Assembly: GCA_964426485.1 (NCBI GenBank)
Contig: CAYRQX010000015.1
Span: forward strand, 7,899-71,898
Length of the DNA: 64,000 nt
Source of the DNA: an uncultured Sphingopyxis sp.
Lineage (GTDB): Bacteria > Pseudomonadota > Alphaproteobacteria > Sphingomonadales > Sphingomonadaceae
Reading direction: 5' to 3'
A program made the position numbers and the translations under genes. Below the pieces are notes generated by a model. The model saw only the letters and a list, made by a program, of their open reading frames with translations. It searched no databases and had not been told where the DNA came from. Of the stretch, positions 9,788 through 18,533 are shown piece after piece; position 1 is the first letter of the stretch, and each line of letters starts with the position of its first letter.

Positions 9788-10493
9788 TCCGCTCCGAGAC
9801 GACCGCGGCGTGGGTGAAGGGGAAGAGGTGCGAACCCGCCACCATTTCCAGCACCGCGCCATCGATCTGGTCGGCCAGCATTTCGCCATAGCATGCGGGC
9901 ATCACCCCATCCTGCTGGCCCACCAGCACCAGCGTCGGGACGTTTTTCAGTCCCGACAGGAACCCTATACTGCTCCACCCCGCCATCGCGGCGCTCTGGT
10001 ACGCGATGCCGAGCGGGGTCGCGGTCTGGATCTTGAGCCCGCTCGCCACCATGTCGTCGTCGAACATCGCCGCCCATCCGATCCCCGGTGCTCCCATGAT
10101 CGGCGTCGTCGCCATCAGCACGAGACAGCGCACGCGGCCCGGAAACTGGATCGCGATCTGCTGCGCCAGCGCGCCGCCCCAGCTGAACCCGGCAATGTCG
10201 ATCGCCTTGTGGCCCAGCCGGTCGGCGATCTCCATCACCACCGCCGCGATCGTCGGGGCGCCATAGGGCAGCAGGGCATCGGGCGATCCGCCGACGCCGG
10301 GCATGTCGAGCGTCCACACCTCGCGGCCGTGAATCTGCGCGAGCAACGGCGCCGCGGCGGTCAGGTCGGCGCCGATGCCGTTGAGGAAGAGCAAAGGCGT
10401 ACCGGCCGCGCCCTCGCGCCAACGCGCGACGCGCAGGTTGAGCCCATAGACATGCTCGTTGCTGATGGCCGGGCGGCCGCTGATCCTGCTCAT
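9726..10493 (-). CDS. Alpha/beta hydrolase (PHA depolymerase-like)
   Basis: PLLFLNGIGA, DMPGVGGSP, GFSWGGALAQQ, GSHLF. Start placed at ATG 10493 (approximate). Confidence 0.8.
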   Translation of the reverse strand: MSRISGRPAISNEHVYGLNLRVARWREGAAGTPLLFLNGIGADLTAAAPLLAQIHGREVWTLDMPGVGGSPDALLPYGAPTIAAVVMEIADRLGHKAIDIAGFSWGGALAQQIAIQFPGRVRCLVLMATTPIMGAPGIGWAAMFDDDMVASGLKIQTATPLGIAYQSAAMAGWSSIGFLSGLKNVPTLVLVGQQDGVMPACYGEMLADQIDGAVLEMVAGSHLFPFTHAAVVSERISAFLDQAVHSPKSGHQAAA

Positions 10494-10539
10494 GGCCGGT
10501 GCCTTCGCATATCTGGATGACCGGCGAAAGACCGCTGAT

Positions 10540-10785
10540 CTACTCGGCCTGTCGCGCGGCCTCGGCGGCTTGCTCGAACCGCAGGCAATCGAAAATCTTC
10601 GCGCCGGCGAGGAACACCGATCCGGTGCAGGCAAGCAGCAACAGCTTGCCGCCGGTCCCCGGATATTCGTGCAGATAGGCGGCGCCGCGCGCCATGGCCC
10701 CGACGGCAAGCGCATAGATGATCAGGCACGCTTCAAAGCGGGTCTTGATAACGAACAGGCGTCCGATCTTTTTCAGCATCACCAT
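10540..10785 (-). CDS. Small two-TM membrane protein of unknown function
   Basis: 81 aa, two hydrophobic helices, host-like codon usage, own AT-rich upstream region. Confidence 0.7.
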   Translation of the reverse strand: MVMLKKIGRLFVIKTRFEACLIIYALAVGAMARGAAYLHEYPGTGGKLLLLACTGSVFLAGAKIFDCLRFEQAAEAARQAE

Positions 10786-10841
10786 GGTCCAAGCAAGCGC
10801 CGTGCCACTGGCGCAAATGCGGGATTCGGCGCGCGGGGCTT

Positions 10842-10860
10842 ATGGTAAACTGTAAGTTAA
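10842..10860 (-). promoter_or_regulatory. Candidate CtrA-binding site
   Basis: Minus strand reads TTAA-CTTACAG-TTTACCAT, one mismatch from the TTAA-N7-TTAAC(CAT) consensus, about 60 bp upstream of the 81-aa gene. Confidence 0.45.
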
Positions 10861-10911
10861 TCCGACAGATGCGGGCAAGGGGCCAGCGGATCCGTTCGGC
10901 GATGCGTTAGT

Positions 10912-11862
10912 TCAACTCGTCTCGCGAACCCGCGCCGGGGCGCCCAGCGTACATTCCAGCTCGGCGCGGTCCCATCGCCCGGCGTCGGCCGCCGCGCCAT
11001 AGGTGCGCTCGAGAAAATCAAGCAGCAGCGCATCGGGCGACGTCGCGGTCCGCACCGCCTCATAGGGCAGGATATATTCGCCCATGCCCGTATCGAACCG
11101 CGCCGCCGCGGGCATCGGATAGTCGCGAAACCCGGCCGGTTCGGGATAGGCATAGGAATAGAAAGCCGGTTCGGGAAAAGCGTCGCCGCCCGGCCAGAAT
11201 CCCGCGCTGCTGACCTCGTGCGAATAGGCCTCGCGCGTCACCGGGTCGGGCAGGCCGGGCACCCCGCCCGGATGCGGCGGCGCCGAGCGGCCCGAAAAGC
11301 GCGTGACGGCGAGGTCGAAGCTGCCCCAAAAGAAATGCACCGGGCTCGCCTTGCCCAGAAAGCCGCTGCGGAACAGCTTGAACACCCGGTCGACCTGTAC
11401 CAGCGCGCGCCAGAAACGATGAGCGGCATCAGCGTCATAGCTTTTGTTGCTCTCGTCGCGCGCAAACGGGATCGGATCGGGCACCTCGTTGGGCACGCCA
11501 TGGATACGCACCTCTATGCCCAGGTCGGCGAGCAGCCCGAGCAGCCGGTCGTGAAAATCGGCGACGCTGCGCGGCTCCAGCACCAGTTCGCGATCCTGGC
11601 CCTGGCTGGTGCGGCAGATCAGCCGGTGGACGATGAAATCAAATTCGATCTCGAGCAGTTCATGCCCGGCCGGCATCGGTGATGTCGTCAGCCCGCGCGC
11701 GCTGACATAGAGCGGCACCTGCCAGCCATGATTGAGCCAGGGCGTCAGTGACAGGCGGACCTTGCCGACGATCTGCGTCCACAGTTGCAACGTGAGCGCG
11801 GTATCGCGCCAGTCGGCCCAGTGCAGTTCGGGCCAGATCGCGGATTGCTCGGTTGGTGACAT
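10912..11862 (-). CDS. Conserved hypothetical protein (DUF5996-like)
   Basis: WRDTALTLQLWTQIVGKVRL...VHFFWGSFDLAVTRFSGR...EAYSHEVSSAGFWPG; family recognised from memory. Start at ATG 11862. Confidence 0.8.
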   Translation of the reverse strand: MSPTEQSAIWPELHWADWRDTALTLQLWTQIVGKVRLSLTPWLNHGWQVPLYVSARGLTTSPMPAGHELLEIEFDFIVHRLICRTSQGQDRELVLEPRSVADFHDRLLGLLADLGIEVRIHGVPNEVPDPIPFARDESNKSYDADAAHRFWRALVQVDRVFKLFRSGFLGKASPVHFFWGSFDLAVTRFSGRSAPPHPGGVPGLPDPVTREAYSHEVSSAGFWPGGDAFPEPAFYSYAYPEPAGFRDYPMPAAARFDTGMGEYILPYEAVRTATSPDALLLDFLERTYGAAADAGRWDRAELECTLGAPARVRETS

Positions 11863-11924
11863 CGCGGCTTTCCTTCGACAAATATCGCACGTAGCCCCCG
11901 CGTGATGTTTAGCCGCTTTCGCGC

Positions 11925-12227
11925 CTAAAAATAGCGCGGAATCGGTCCGATCTGCGGCGTCTGGTCGGGAAGTTCGACCATCACATCGTCGATATAGCAC
12001 CATCCCCAGCCTTCGGGCGGGTCATAGCCCTCGATGATCGGATGTCCGGTCTCATGAAAATGCGCGCGCGCGTGGCGATGCGGCGAATCGTCGCAGCATC
12101 CGACATGACCGCACGAACGGCAAAGACGCAGGTGAACCCACATCCCACCGACCGCCAAACATTCCTCGCACCCCTTGGCGCTAGGAACGACGTCTTGGAT
12201 CGCGGATTCATGCGAACAGGATGTCAT
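11925..12227 (-). CDS. UBP-type zinc finger protein
   Basis: CxH...CEEC...WVHLRLCRSCGHVGCCDDSPHRHARAHFHETGHP. Start at ATG 12227. Confidence 0.88.
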   Translation of the reverse strand: MTSCSHESAIQDVVPSAKGCEECLAVGGMWVHLRLCRSCGHVGCCDDSPHRHARAHFHETGHPIIEGYDPPEGWGWCYIDDVMVELPDQTPQIGPIPRYF

Positions 12228-12338
12228 GGCGTTTCCTTTGTCGGTGGGGCACGAAATCCGCTGCCATCTATATTTCGTCCCTGATGAAAACGAAAGACGG
12301 CGGCTTATGGTCATTATGCGCAACCGACGGCCGGGGGC

Positions 12339-12370
12339 GAGTTCCGCTTTGGCGTGGTGAGCCGCCATTG
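12339..12370 (+). repeat. Lone short hairpin element of the GGGGTGG-core (L) type
   Basis: GTTCCGC-TTT-GGCGTGG-TGA-GCCGCCA, same 7-3-7-3-7 geometry as the other L ends. Confidence 0.45.
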
Positions 12371-12615
12371 TCGTTTCGGTTATTCCGAACCGGGGCCGCG
12401 ATCCGGTCGGCGCATGCGCCGGGCCATCATGCCAAAGGTCAGGAAAGGTCAGCCTATTGCAGTGCCCCATTTGTCGCGCTCGACCGACAGATGGCAGCCG
12501 GACCTTGGCCGAATCCGGCATCCGGGCAGCGACCGCTTTTGCCTGCGAATTGAAAGAGCTGAAATGAAGGCTGGCACAGCGGAATAATGTAGGAAAGCAC
12601 TTTTTTCAAAGGCGG

Positions 12616-13005
12616 ATGGCGGCTTTGGGGTGGAAAGCGGTCACGACGCCTCCTATGCTGGGGCATGGCTAAGCAAGACCCCGAATATCTAAAGAATCAA
12701 AGTCGCAGGGGACATGCTAGATATCGCTGGTACCGCGCCTATCTAAATGCAGTTACTATAGTTTGGACTGCGTTGTTCGGAGTCCTCTTTCTGATCGCTT
12801 TTGCAGATCGCATAACGGGATCGGAATGGGGCTTTGAAAGTTACATGTGGGAATTCGTGGGCTTCCTTGGTTTCGGACTGGGCGCTTGGATTTTCAACAC
12901 GCTGATACAGAAGCTGATATTAGCATACGTCCGACATACCTACGGTCCAGAACCGATCGACTGACAGCCCCGGAACGTCCGCAACCGGTCGTGAGCGGCC
13001 ATTCC
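12616..13005 (+). mobile_element. Putative hairpin-bounded mini-cassette (L end, orphan gene, R end)
   Basis: L: ATGGCGGC-TTT-GGGGTGG-AAA-GCGGTCA (12616-12643). R: CGTCCGC-AAC-CGGTCG-TGA-GCGGCCA (12976-13001). They enclose a low-GC ORF. Mobility is inferred, not shown. Confidence 0.5.
12665..12964 (+). CDS. Orphan two-TM membrane protein, low GC
   Basis: 99 aa with two hydrophobic segments; 144/300 = 48% GC by hand count versus about 65% in the flanks. Confidence 0.65.
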   Translation: MAKQDPEYLKNQSRRGHARYRWYRAYLNAVTIVWTALFGVLFLIAFADRITGSEWGFESYMWEFVGFLGFGLGAWIFNTLIQKLILAYVRHTYGPEPID

Positions 13006-13022
13006 CGGTCAGGCGCCCGCAT

Positions 13023-13694
13023 CTAAGCCGCCCGTGCGAACCAGATCACATGCCGCGGGCCTTTGCCATTGCTTCGGGCGCGCACGCCGACTTCTTCGAC
13101 CTGAAAGCCCGCCGCCGTCAGCCGCCGCGTGAAGCGCGCGTCGGGGGCCGCGGACCATATCGCCAGTATCCCGCCGGGGCGCAGCGCCGCCTTGGCCGCC
13201 GCGAGGCCCGCCACCGAATAGAGACCCTCGTTCGCCTCGCGCGTCAGACCATCGGGACCATTGTCGACGTCGAGCAGGATCGCGTCATAGCGGCGCGTCG
13301 CCCCGCCGATCGCTTTCGACACGTCGCCGAGGATCAGTTCGACCCGCGGATCGTCGAGGCAGCCCGCCGCCAGCTCGGCCATCGGACCGCGCGCCCATTC
13401 GATGATGCCCGGCACCAGCTCGGCCACGGCAATCTTTGCATCGGGGCCGAGCACCCCCAGCGCGGCGCGCAGCGTGAACCCCATGCCATAGCCGCCGATC
13501 AGCAGGCTACCCGCCTTCGGATTGCGCAGCCGGTCGCACGTCATCGTTGCCAGCGCTTCTTCGGAGCCGCTCATCCGGCTGCTCATCAATTCGTTGCGAT
13601 CGATCGCGATGATGAAATCGTCGCCGCGCCGGTACAGGCGCAGGGCGTCGCCGCCCGGCACCTCCGCCGTGCCGACCAGTTCGCGAATCTTCAA
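13023..13694 (-). CDS. Spermidine-synthase-like SAM-dependent methyltransferase fold protein
   Basis: ELMSSRMSGSEEALA, LIGGYGMGFT, AILLDVDNGP; proposed TTG start overlaps the astB stop (TTGA). Confidence 0.82.
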   Translation of the reverse strand: MKIRELVGTAEVPGGDALRLYRRGDDFIIAIDRNELMSSRMSGSEEALATMTCDRLRNPKAGSLLIGGYGMGFTLRAALGVLGPDAKIAVAELVPGIIEWARGPMAELAAGCLDDPRVELILGDVSKAIGGATRRYDAILLDVDNGPDGLTREANEGLYSVAGLAAAKAALRPGGILAIWSAAPDARFTRRLTAAGFQVEEVGVRARSNGKGPRHVIWFARAA

Positions 13695-14941
13695 TTCAGC
13701 TCGCCGAGGTCGAGCGTGTCGAGCAGCGCCGCACGCGCCTTGCGCACGTCGCCAGCCAGCGCCGCCGAGGCGAGATCGTCCGGCGTGATCGCTTCGGGCC
13801 AGTGCTTCGCTACAACATCCGATATCCGGTCGAGCTTCGCCGCGTCGGCGATGAAACGCGGGTCGACCGTAGCGGGATCGGCGACGACGCGCAGCCGCAG
13901 GCACGCAGGGCCGCCGCCATTCGCCATCGACTGGCGGACATCGACGGGCAGAAGGCGGCGGATCGGGCCGTTCCCAGCGACATGCGCCTCCAGCCATTGC
14001 CACACCGCGGGAATGGCTTGCGCCTCGGTCGGCAGCACCAGTCCCATGCCGCCGCCATCGGGCAGGCTGACGAGCTGCGCGTTGAACAGATAGGATTTGA
14101 TCGCGTCGGGCAGGCTCACCGCGCTTGCGGGCACCTCGACGATCTCGACCGCGGGAAAGGCGGCGCGGATTTCGGCATGCGCGCCCTCGCGGTCCTCGAA
14201 CGCCGTCTCATGGGTGAACAGCACATGCTCGTTCGCGACCGCGACGACGTCATTGTGAAACGCGCCGCCCTGGATCGCGCTGACCGATTGGCGGATAAAC
14301 AAAGTGCGCGCGGGGTCGAGCCGGTGGTGGCGCGCGATCGCCTTCGACGCGTCGAGATGCTGGCGCGCCGGGAAGCGGCCGCCGCCGACCCCGTAAACGA
14401 AGATTTCGACGCCCGCCGCGTCATGCCCGCTGCACAGCCGCATATGGTTCGCCGCGCCCTCGTCGCCGAAAGGCGCCGGGATCGGCGCATGGACGGTGAA
14501 AGCAGGGCCGGCGAAGGCAAGCCGAAGCTGCGCCAGCGTGCCCGGCCATTCGTGGCTGCGGTGCGGCATGGTGACGAGGTTCGCGACGGTCAGATGGCAT
14601 ATGCCGTCGGCGCTGTCGGGGGCGGGGGAGACGGTCGCGGCATTCGCGGCCCACATCGACGACGCCGACCAGGCCTGCGCGCGCAAATGCCCCTCGGCCT
14701 CCTCGGGCGCCGTGCCGAGCGTTTGAAGCCACGGCGTGTCGGGCCGGTCGAGCGGCATGAAAAAGCCCTGCGGCAGGCCGAGCGTCAGATTGTGGCGCAT
14801 CTTCTCGATGCCCTGCAACGCCGCGGCGCGCGGCTGTGACACGTCGCCGGCATGGCTCGCCGACGCGATATTGCCGCGGCTGAGTCCCGCATAATTGTGG
14901 CTGGGTCCGATGATCCCGTCGAAATTGATTTCGGTGAGCAT
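13691..14941 (-). CDS. astB: N-succinylarginine dihydrolase
   Basis: EINFDGIIGPSHNYAGLSRGN, SASSMWAANAATV, GDEGAANH, GAFHNDVVAV, SMANGGGPACLRLR. Start at ATG 14941. Confidence 0.95.
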   Translation of the reverse strand: MLTEINFDGIIGPSHNYAGLSRGNIASASHAGDVSQPRAAALQGIEKMRHNLTLGLPQGFFMPLDRPDTPWLQTLGTAPEEAEGHLRAQAWSASSMWAANAATVSPAPDSADGICHLTVANLVTMPHRSHEWPGTLAQLRLAFAGPAFTVHAPIPAPFGDEGAANHMRLCSGHDAAGVEIFVYGVGGGRFPARQHLDASKAIARHHRLDPARTLFIRQSVSAIQGGAFHNDVVAVANEHVLFTHETAFEDREGAHAEIRAAFPAVEIVEVPASAVSLPDAIKSYLFNAQLVSLPDGGGMGLVLPTEAQAIPAVWQWLEAHVAGNGPIRRLLPVDVRQSMANGGGPACLRLRVVADPATVDPRFIADAAKLDRISDVVAKHWPEAITPDDLASAALAGDVRKARAALLDTLDLGELN

Positions 14942-14942
14942 C

Positions 14943-15956
14943 TCAGCGCCCGATCCAGCTGATCTCGCCGCCCTTGCCAACGCCGAGCAGCTTTGCCGCC
15001 TCGCTATCGAGCGTCGAGCCCTCGCCGACCTTGCCGAAACAGCAGCGGAAATCGGCGAGCTGGCCCGTCGCGACCAGCGCATCGGCACCCCCAAGGTCGT
15101 CGGCGCCGGCGATGGCCGAAATCTCGACATGTTTCGCGTCGCGGACGCTCGCCACCTGATCCGTGCGTGCGGTCATCGTCGGGCCGCCGTCGAAGATGTC
15201 GACGTAATTTTCAAACGCGAAGCCCTCATTCTCCAGCATACGCATTGCGGCGCGCCCGGTCGGGTGCGGCACGCCGATGACGCTGCGCGCATGGTCGCTC
15301 AGCATCGCGATATAGACGGGGTGCTTGGGCATCAGATCGGCAATGAACTGGTTGCCGTGGACCGCGTTGAACTGATCGGCTTCCTGGAAATTCATGCCAA
15401 AAAATTTGCCCGCGACGCCGTCCCAAAAGGGCGAACCGCCCGCCTCGTCGATCACCCCGCGCAATTCGGCGAGGATGCGGTCGCCGAAGCGCGCGCGGTG
15501 GCGCGCGATGAACAGATAGCGCGAGCGCGCGAGCAGCAGCCCCAATCCGCCGGCACGCGCCGCGGGGTGCAGGAACAGCCCGCCGACCTCGCTCGCGCCG
15601 TTCAGGTCGTTGCTCAGCATCAGCACCTGCGCGTGAAAGGTGCGGTCGAGCTGTTCGCTATGCTTGCTGTCGGTGCCGATGCGATAGCTGTAGAAGGGCC
15701 AGCGCTGGCCGACCTGCCCGAAAATCTGGCAGGTGCCGCGCACTTCGCCGTTGTCGGTGTCTTCGAGCACGAGCAGGTAGAGCTCGTCCGACGGATATTC
15801 CTTGTCGCTCGCGAAGCTGGCTTGGGTGCGCTCCAGCTTGGCGGACAGCGCCTTCTTGTCGGGGGGCAGGTTGGTAAAGCCGCCGCCGGTCAGCTTCGCC
15901 ATCTCGTAAATGCTCTGCAGATCGCTTGGGCGTGCCGCCCGGATCACATAATTCAC
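14943..15956 (-). CDS. astA: Arginine N-succinyltransferase
   Basis: GGGFTNLP, SEVGGLFL, LLARSRYLF, AELRGV..GGSPFW, YVDIFDGGPT; GTG start overlaps the upstream stop. Confidence 0.92.
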   Translation of the reverse strand: MNYVIRAARPSDLQSIYEMAKLTGGGFTNLPPDKKALSAKLERTQASFASDKEYPSDELYLLVLEDTDNGEVRGTCQIFGQVGQRWPFYSYRIGTDSKHSEQLDRTFHAQVLMLSNDLNGASEVGGLFLHPAARAGGLGLLLARSRYLFIARHRARFGDRILAELRGVIDEAGGSPFWDGVAGKFFGMNFQEADQFNAVHGNQFIADLMPKHPVYIAMLSDHARSVIGVPHPTGRAAMRMLENEGFAFENYVDIFDGGPTMTARTDQVASVRDAKHVEISAIAGADDLGGADALVATGQLADFRCCFGKVGEGSTLDSEAAKLLGVGKGGEISWIGR

Positions 15957-17164
15957 ACCGTCCCCCGTTCCGCTATTCTTATCATGGTAAGTGCCGACAA
16001 TTGCGCGCGTTCGGGCAGACTGTCGACGATCAGAAATTCGTCCGACGAATGGATCGCGCCGCCGCGCGGCCCCATCGTGTCGACCACCGGCACGCCGCAC
16101 GCCGCGATATTATTGCCGTCGCACACGCCGCCGGTCGCGTTCCAGCTGATGGGAGGCAGGCCGAGCGCGGCGCCGCAGTCGCGCACCAGCTCGAACAGGC
16201 GCGTCGCCGCCGTATCGAGCGGTTTGGGCGGGCGGTTGAAGCCGCCATGGACATGGCAATGGACATCATGCTCGCGCGACACCGCGGCGATCGCGTTGCG
16301 CATCGCCGCTTCGGCGGCGGCCATGGCTTCGGGAGTCGACGGGCGCATATTGACGCGCAGGATCGCGCTGTCGGGGATGATATTGTTCGGGCCGCCGCCG
16401 TCGATCTTGGCAGGATTGACCTTCAGCGTGTCGGACTTCAGTGCGCCGAGTCGCAGCGCGAGGTCGGCGGCGGCGAGCAGCGCGTTGCGCCCGTCCTGCG
16501 GATTGCGCCCGGCATGCGCGGCGCGGCCGTGGACGATGACTGAAAAATTGCCGCTCCCCGGCCGTGCCCCCGCCAGCGTGCCGTCGGGCAGCGCGGGTTC
16601 GTAAGTCAGCGCCGCGGTCTTGCCTTTCGCAAGTTCGGCGATCAGCGCCGCCGACGCCTGGCTCCCCGTTTCCTCGTCGCTGTTGATCATCACGTCATAG
16701 CCGACGCGGCCCGCGAGCGGCGATGCCTCCAGTGCCGTCAGCGCCGCGAGGATCACCGAAATGCCCGCCTTCATGTCAGCGGTGCCGGGGCCGTTGAGCA
16801 CGCCGTCTTCCAGCCATTTCAATGTCTGGAACGGATGGTCGGCGGCGAAAACCGTGTCCATATGCCCGGTCAGCAGCAATTGCACCGGCGCCTCGGGCCG
16901 CACGCGCACATGCAGATGGTCGCCGCGCTGGATTGGGTTGACGGTGCCGGAACTGTCGACGCTTTCGACCGGATCGGCGGCAACCAGCCGGACCTCGCCG
17001 GGCAGCACCGCAAAAGCATCGGCAAGCTGGCCCGCGACGGTTTTCAATCCGGCAAGATTGCCCGTGCCGCTGTTGATCGCGGCCCATCTCTCGACCTGCG
17101 ACAGCATCGGCGCATCGGCCGCGCGCTCCAGCATCGCATTTTCTGTCGCGGTGAGATTGACCAT
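15953..17164 (-). CDS. M20-family metallohydrolase
   Basis: LTGHMDTVF, GPGTADMKAG, NSDEETGS, GRAAHAGR, GGVCDGN, HSSDEF zinc-binding motifs. Confidence 0.9.
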   Translation of the reverse strand: MVNLTATENAMLERAADAPMLSQVERWAAINSGTGNLAGLKTVAGQLADAFAVLPGEVRLVAADPVESVDSSGTVNPIQRGDHLHVRVRPEAPVQLLLTGHMDTVFAADHPFQTLKWLEDGVLNGPGTADMKAGISVILAALTALEASPLAGRVGYDVMINSDEETGSQASAALIAELAKGKTAALTYEPALPDGTLAGARPGSGNFSVIVHGRAAHAGRNPQDGRNALLAAADLALRLGALKSDTLKVNPAKIDGGGPNNIIPDSAILRVNMRPSTPEAMAAAEAAMRNAIAAVSREHDVHCHVHGGFNRPPKPLDTAATRLFELVRDCGAALGLPPISWNATGGVCDGNNIAACGVPVVDTMGPRGGAIHSSDEFLIVDSLPERAQLSALTMIRIAERGTV

Positions 17165-17356
17165 GGGGTGGCTATAGCGAGCGCCGACGGGCTTTTGCAC
17201 CCCCCGGGTCTATTTTGTCGTCGCTGTGCCGCACGTCACTCCCCTGGGGCGCTCGTTTGGATAAGGCAGTGATAGAATTGCACCGAATCGCAACGCATTA
17301 ACCGAAAGTTCGGAACAGCCTCGTTACGCTGGCCGAACCGATAAGCGAGTGAGCCG

Positions 17357-18532
17357 ATGACGACCGCCTTTGTGCTTGGCATCAATATGTCCGTTGCCGG
17401 CATTTTTGCCGTGGCGTTCGCTGTGGTCGCGGCGACGAACCGCGGCGCGCGCGGTGCGCGCTGGCTTGCGGCCGGCTATGGCATGGGCATCGTCTATGTC
17501 GCGCTCGAGTTCATCCTGACGCGGCAGGTCGACCCGACTCCCGTCGGGATCGGTATTTTCCTCGTTTTTCTGCTCGCGCTCAGCTTTGCATTGGTCGGCA
17601 TCGCCCATCATTATCGGGCGCGGCCGCCATGGGGCGCAATGGCGGCGATCTGGGTCGTCACGATCCTTGCTGTGCCGGTGATCTTCAGCTTGACCTATGG
17701 CTCGACGCTGCGGCTGACGCTCTACCAGCTGCCCTATTTTGCCATGCAGACGCTGCTCGGGTTTATGATCTGGCGTTCGGGTCGGCGCCAGGCGCTGGAC
17801 CTGCTGCTGATCGCGCTGCAGGGGATCGCGGCAGCGATCTACCTCGCCAAACCCTTTATCGCGTCGATCGTCGGGACGGCAAGCGCGCCGCAGGGCTATA
17901 TGGCGACGACCTATGCCGCCATTTCGCAGAGCGGCAGCGTCGTCACCCTCATGGCCATCGCCCTCGTCATGCTGCTCGTGATCATGCGCGACACCACGGC
18001 AGAGATGGTGGCGCGTTCCGAAACCGATCCGCTTTCGAGCGTGCTCAACCGCCGCGGTTTCGAACATCATGCCGAACTTGCGCTGCTGCGCGGCGCCGAT
18101 GCGGCGGTGCTCGTCGCGGCCGACCTCGACGATTTCAAGAAGATCAACGACAGCTTCGGCCACGCCGCAGGCGACGGGGTCATCGCGCATTTCGCCGCGA
18201 TGCTGGTCGATGCGGCGCCGGCGGGCGCGATCGTCGGCCGGGTCGGCGGCGAAGAATTTGCGGTCCTCATTCCCGATGCGCTGCTGTCCGACGGCCGCCT
18301 CTATGCCGAAACCGTGCGCATGACCTTCGCCGCGGCGCAATTGCCGGTGCTTGGAGTCGACCGGGGGTTTACGGCGTCGTTCGGCGTGGCTCAGCGCACC
18401 TCGGACGATTCGCTGTTCGATCTGTCGCGCCGCGCCGACGCGGCGCTGTACCGCGCCAAGGCGGGTGGGCGAAATCAGGTTCGCGTTGCGCTGGGCGAAT
18501 TGGCACCGATGCCCGCCGTCGGGGTGGGCTGA
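17357..18532 (+). CDS. Membrane-bound diguanylate cyclase (GGDEF domain)
   Basis: About 7 TM segments, DPLSSVLNRR, DLDDFKKINDSFGHAAGD, RVGGEEF, ADAALYRAK. Confidence 0.93.
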   Translation: MTTAFVLGINMSVAGIFAVAFAVVAATNRGARGARWLAAGYGMGIVYVALEFILTRQVDPTPVGIGIFLVFLLALSFALVGIAHHYRARPPWGAMAAIWVVTILAVPVIFSLTYGSTLRLTLYQLPYFAMQTLLGFMIWRSGRRQALDLLLIALQGIAAAIYLAKPFIASIVGTASAPQGYMATTYAAISQSGSVVTLMAIALVMLLVIMRDTTAEMVARSETDPLSSVLNRRGFEHHAELALLRGADAAVLVAADLDDFKKINDSFGHAAGDGVIAHFAAMLVDAAPAGAIVGRVGGEEFAVLIPDALLSDGRLYAETVRMTFAAAQLPVLGVDRGFTASFGVAQRTSDDSLFDLSRRADAALYRAKAGGRNQVRVALGELAPMPAVGVG

Positions 18533-18533
18533 G

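Noticed and set aside
13023-13694. Calling the gene speE (true spermidine synthase)
   Set aside because: It is short, lacks the typical SpeE N-terminal domain and GGGDG motif; only the fold-level resemblance is supported.
17290-17315. Possible CtrA site upstream of the GGDEF gene (TTAA-N7-TTCG)
   Set aside because: Two mismatches in the second half-site; too weak to call.
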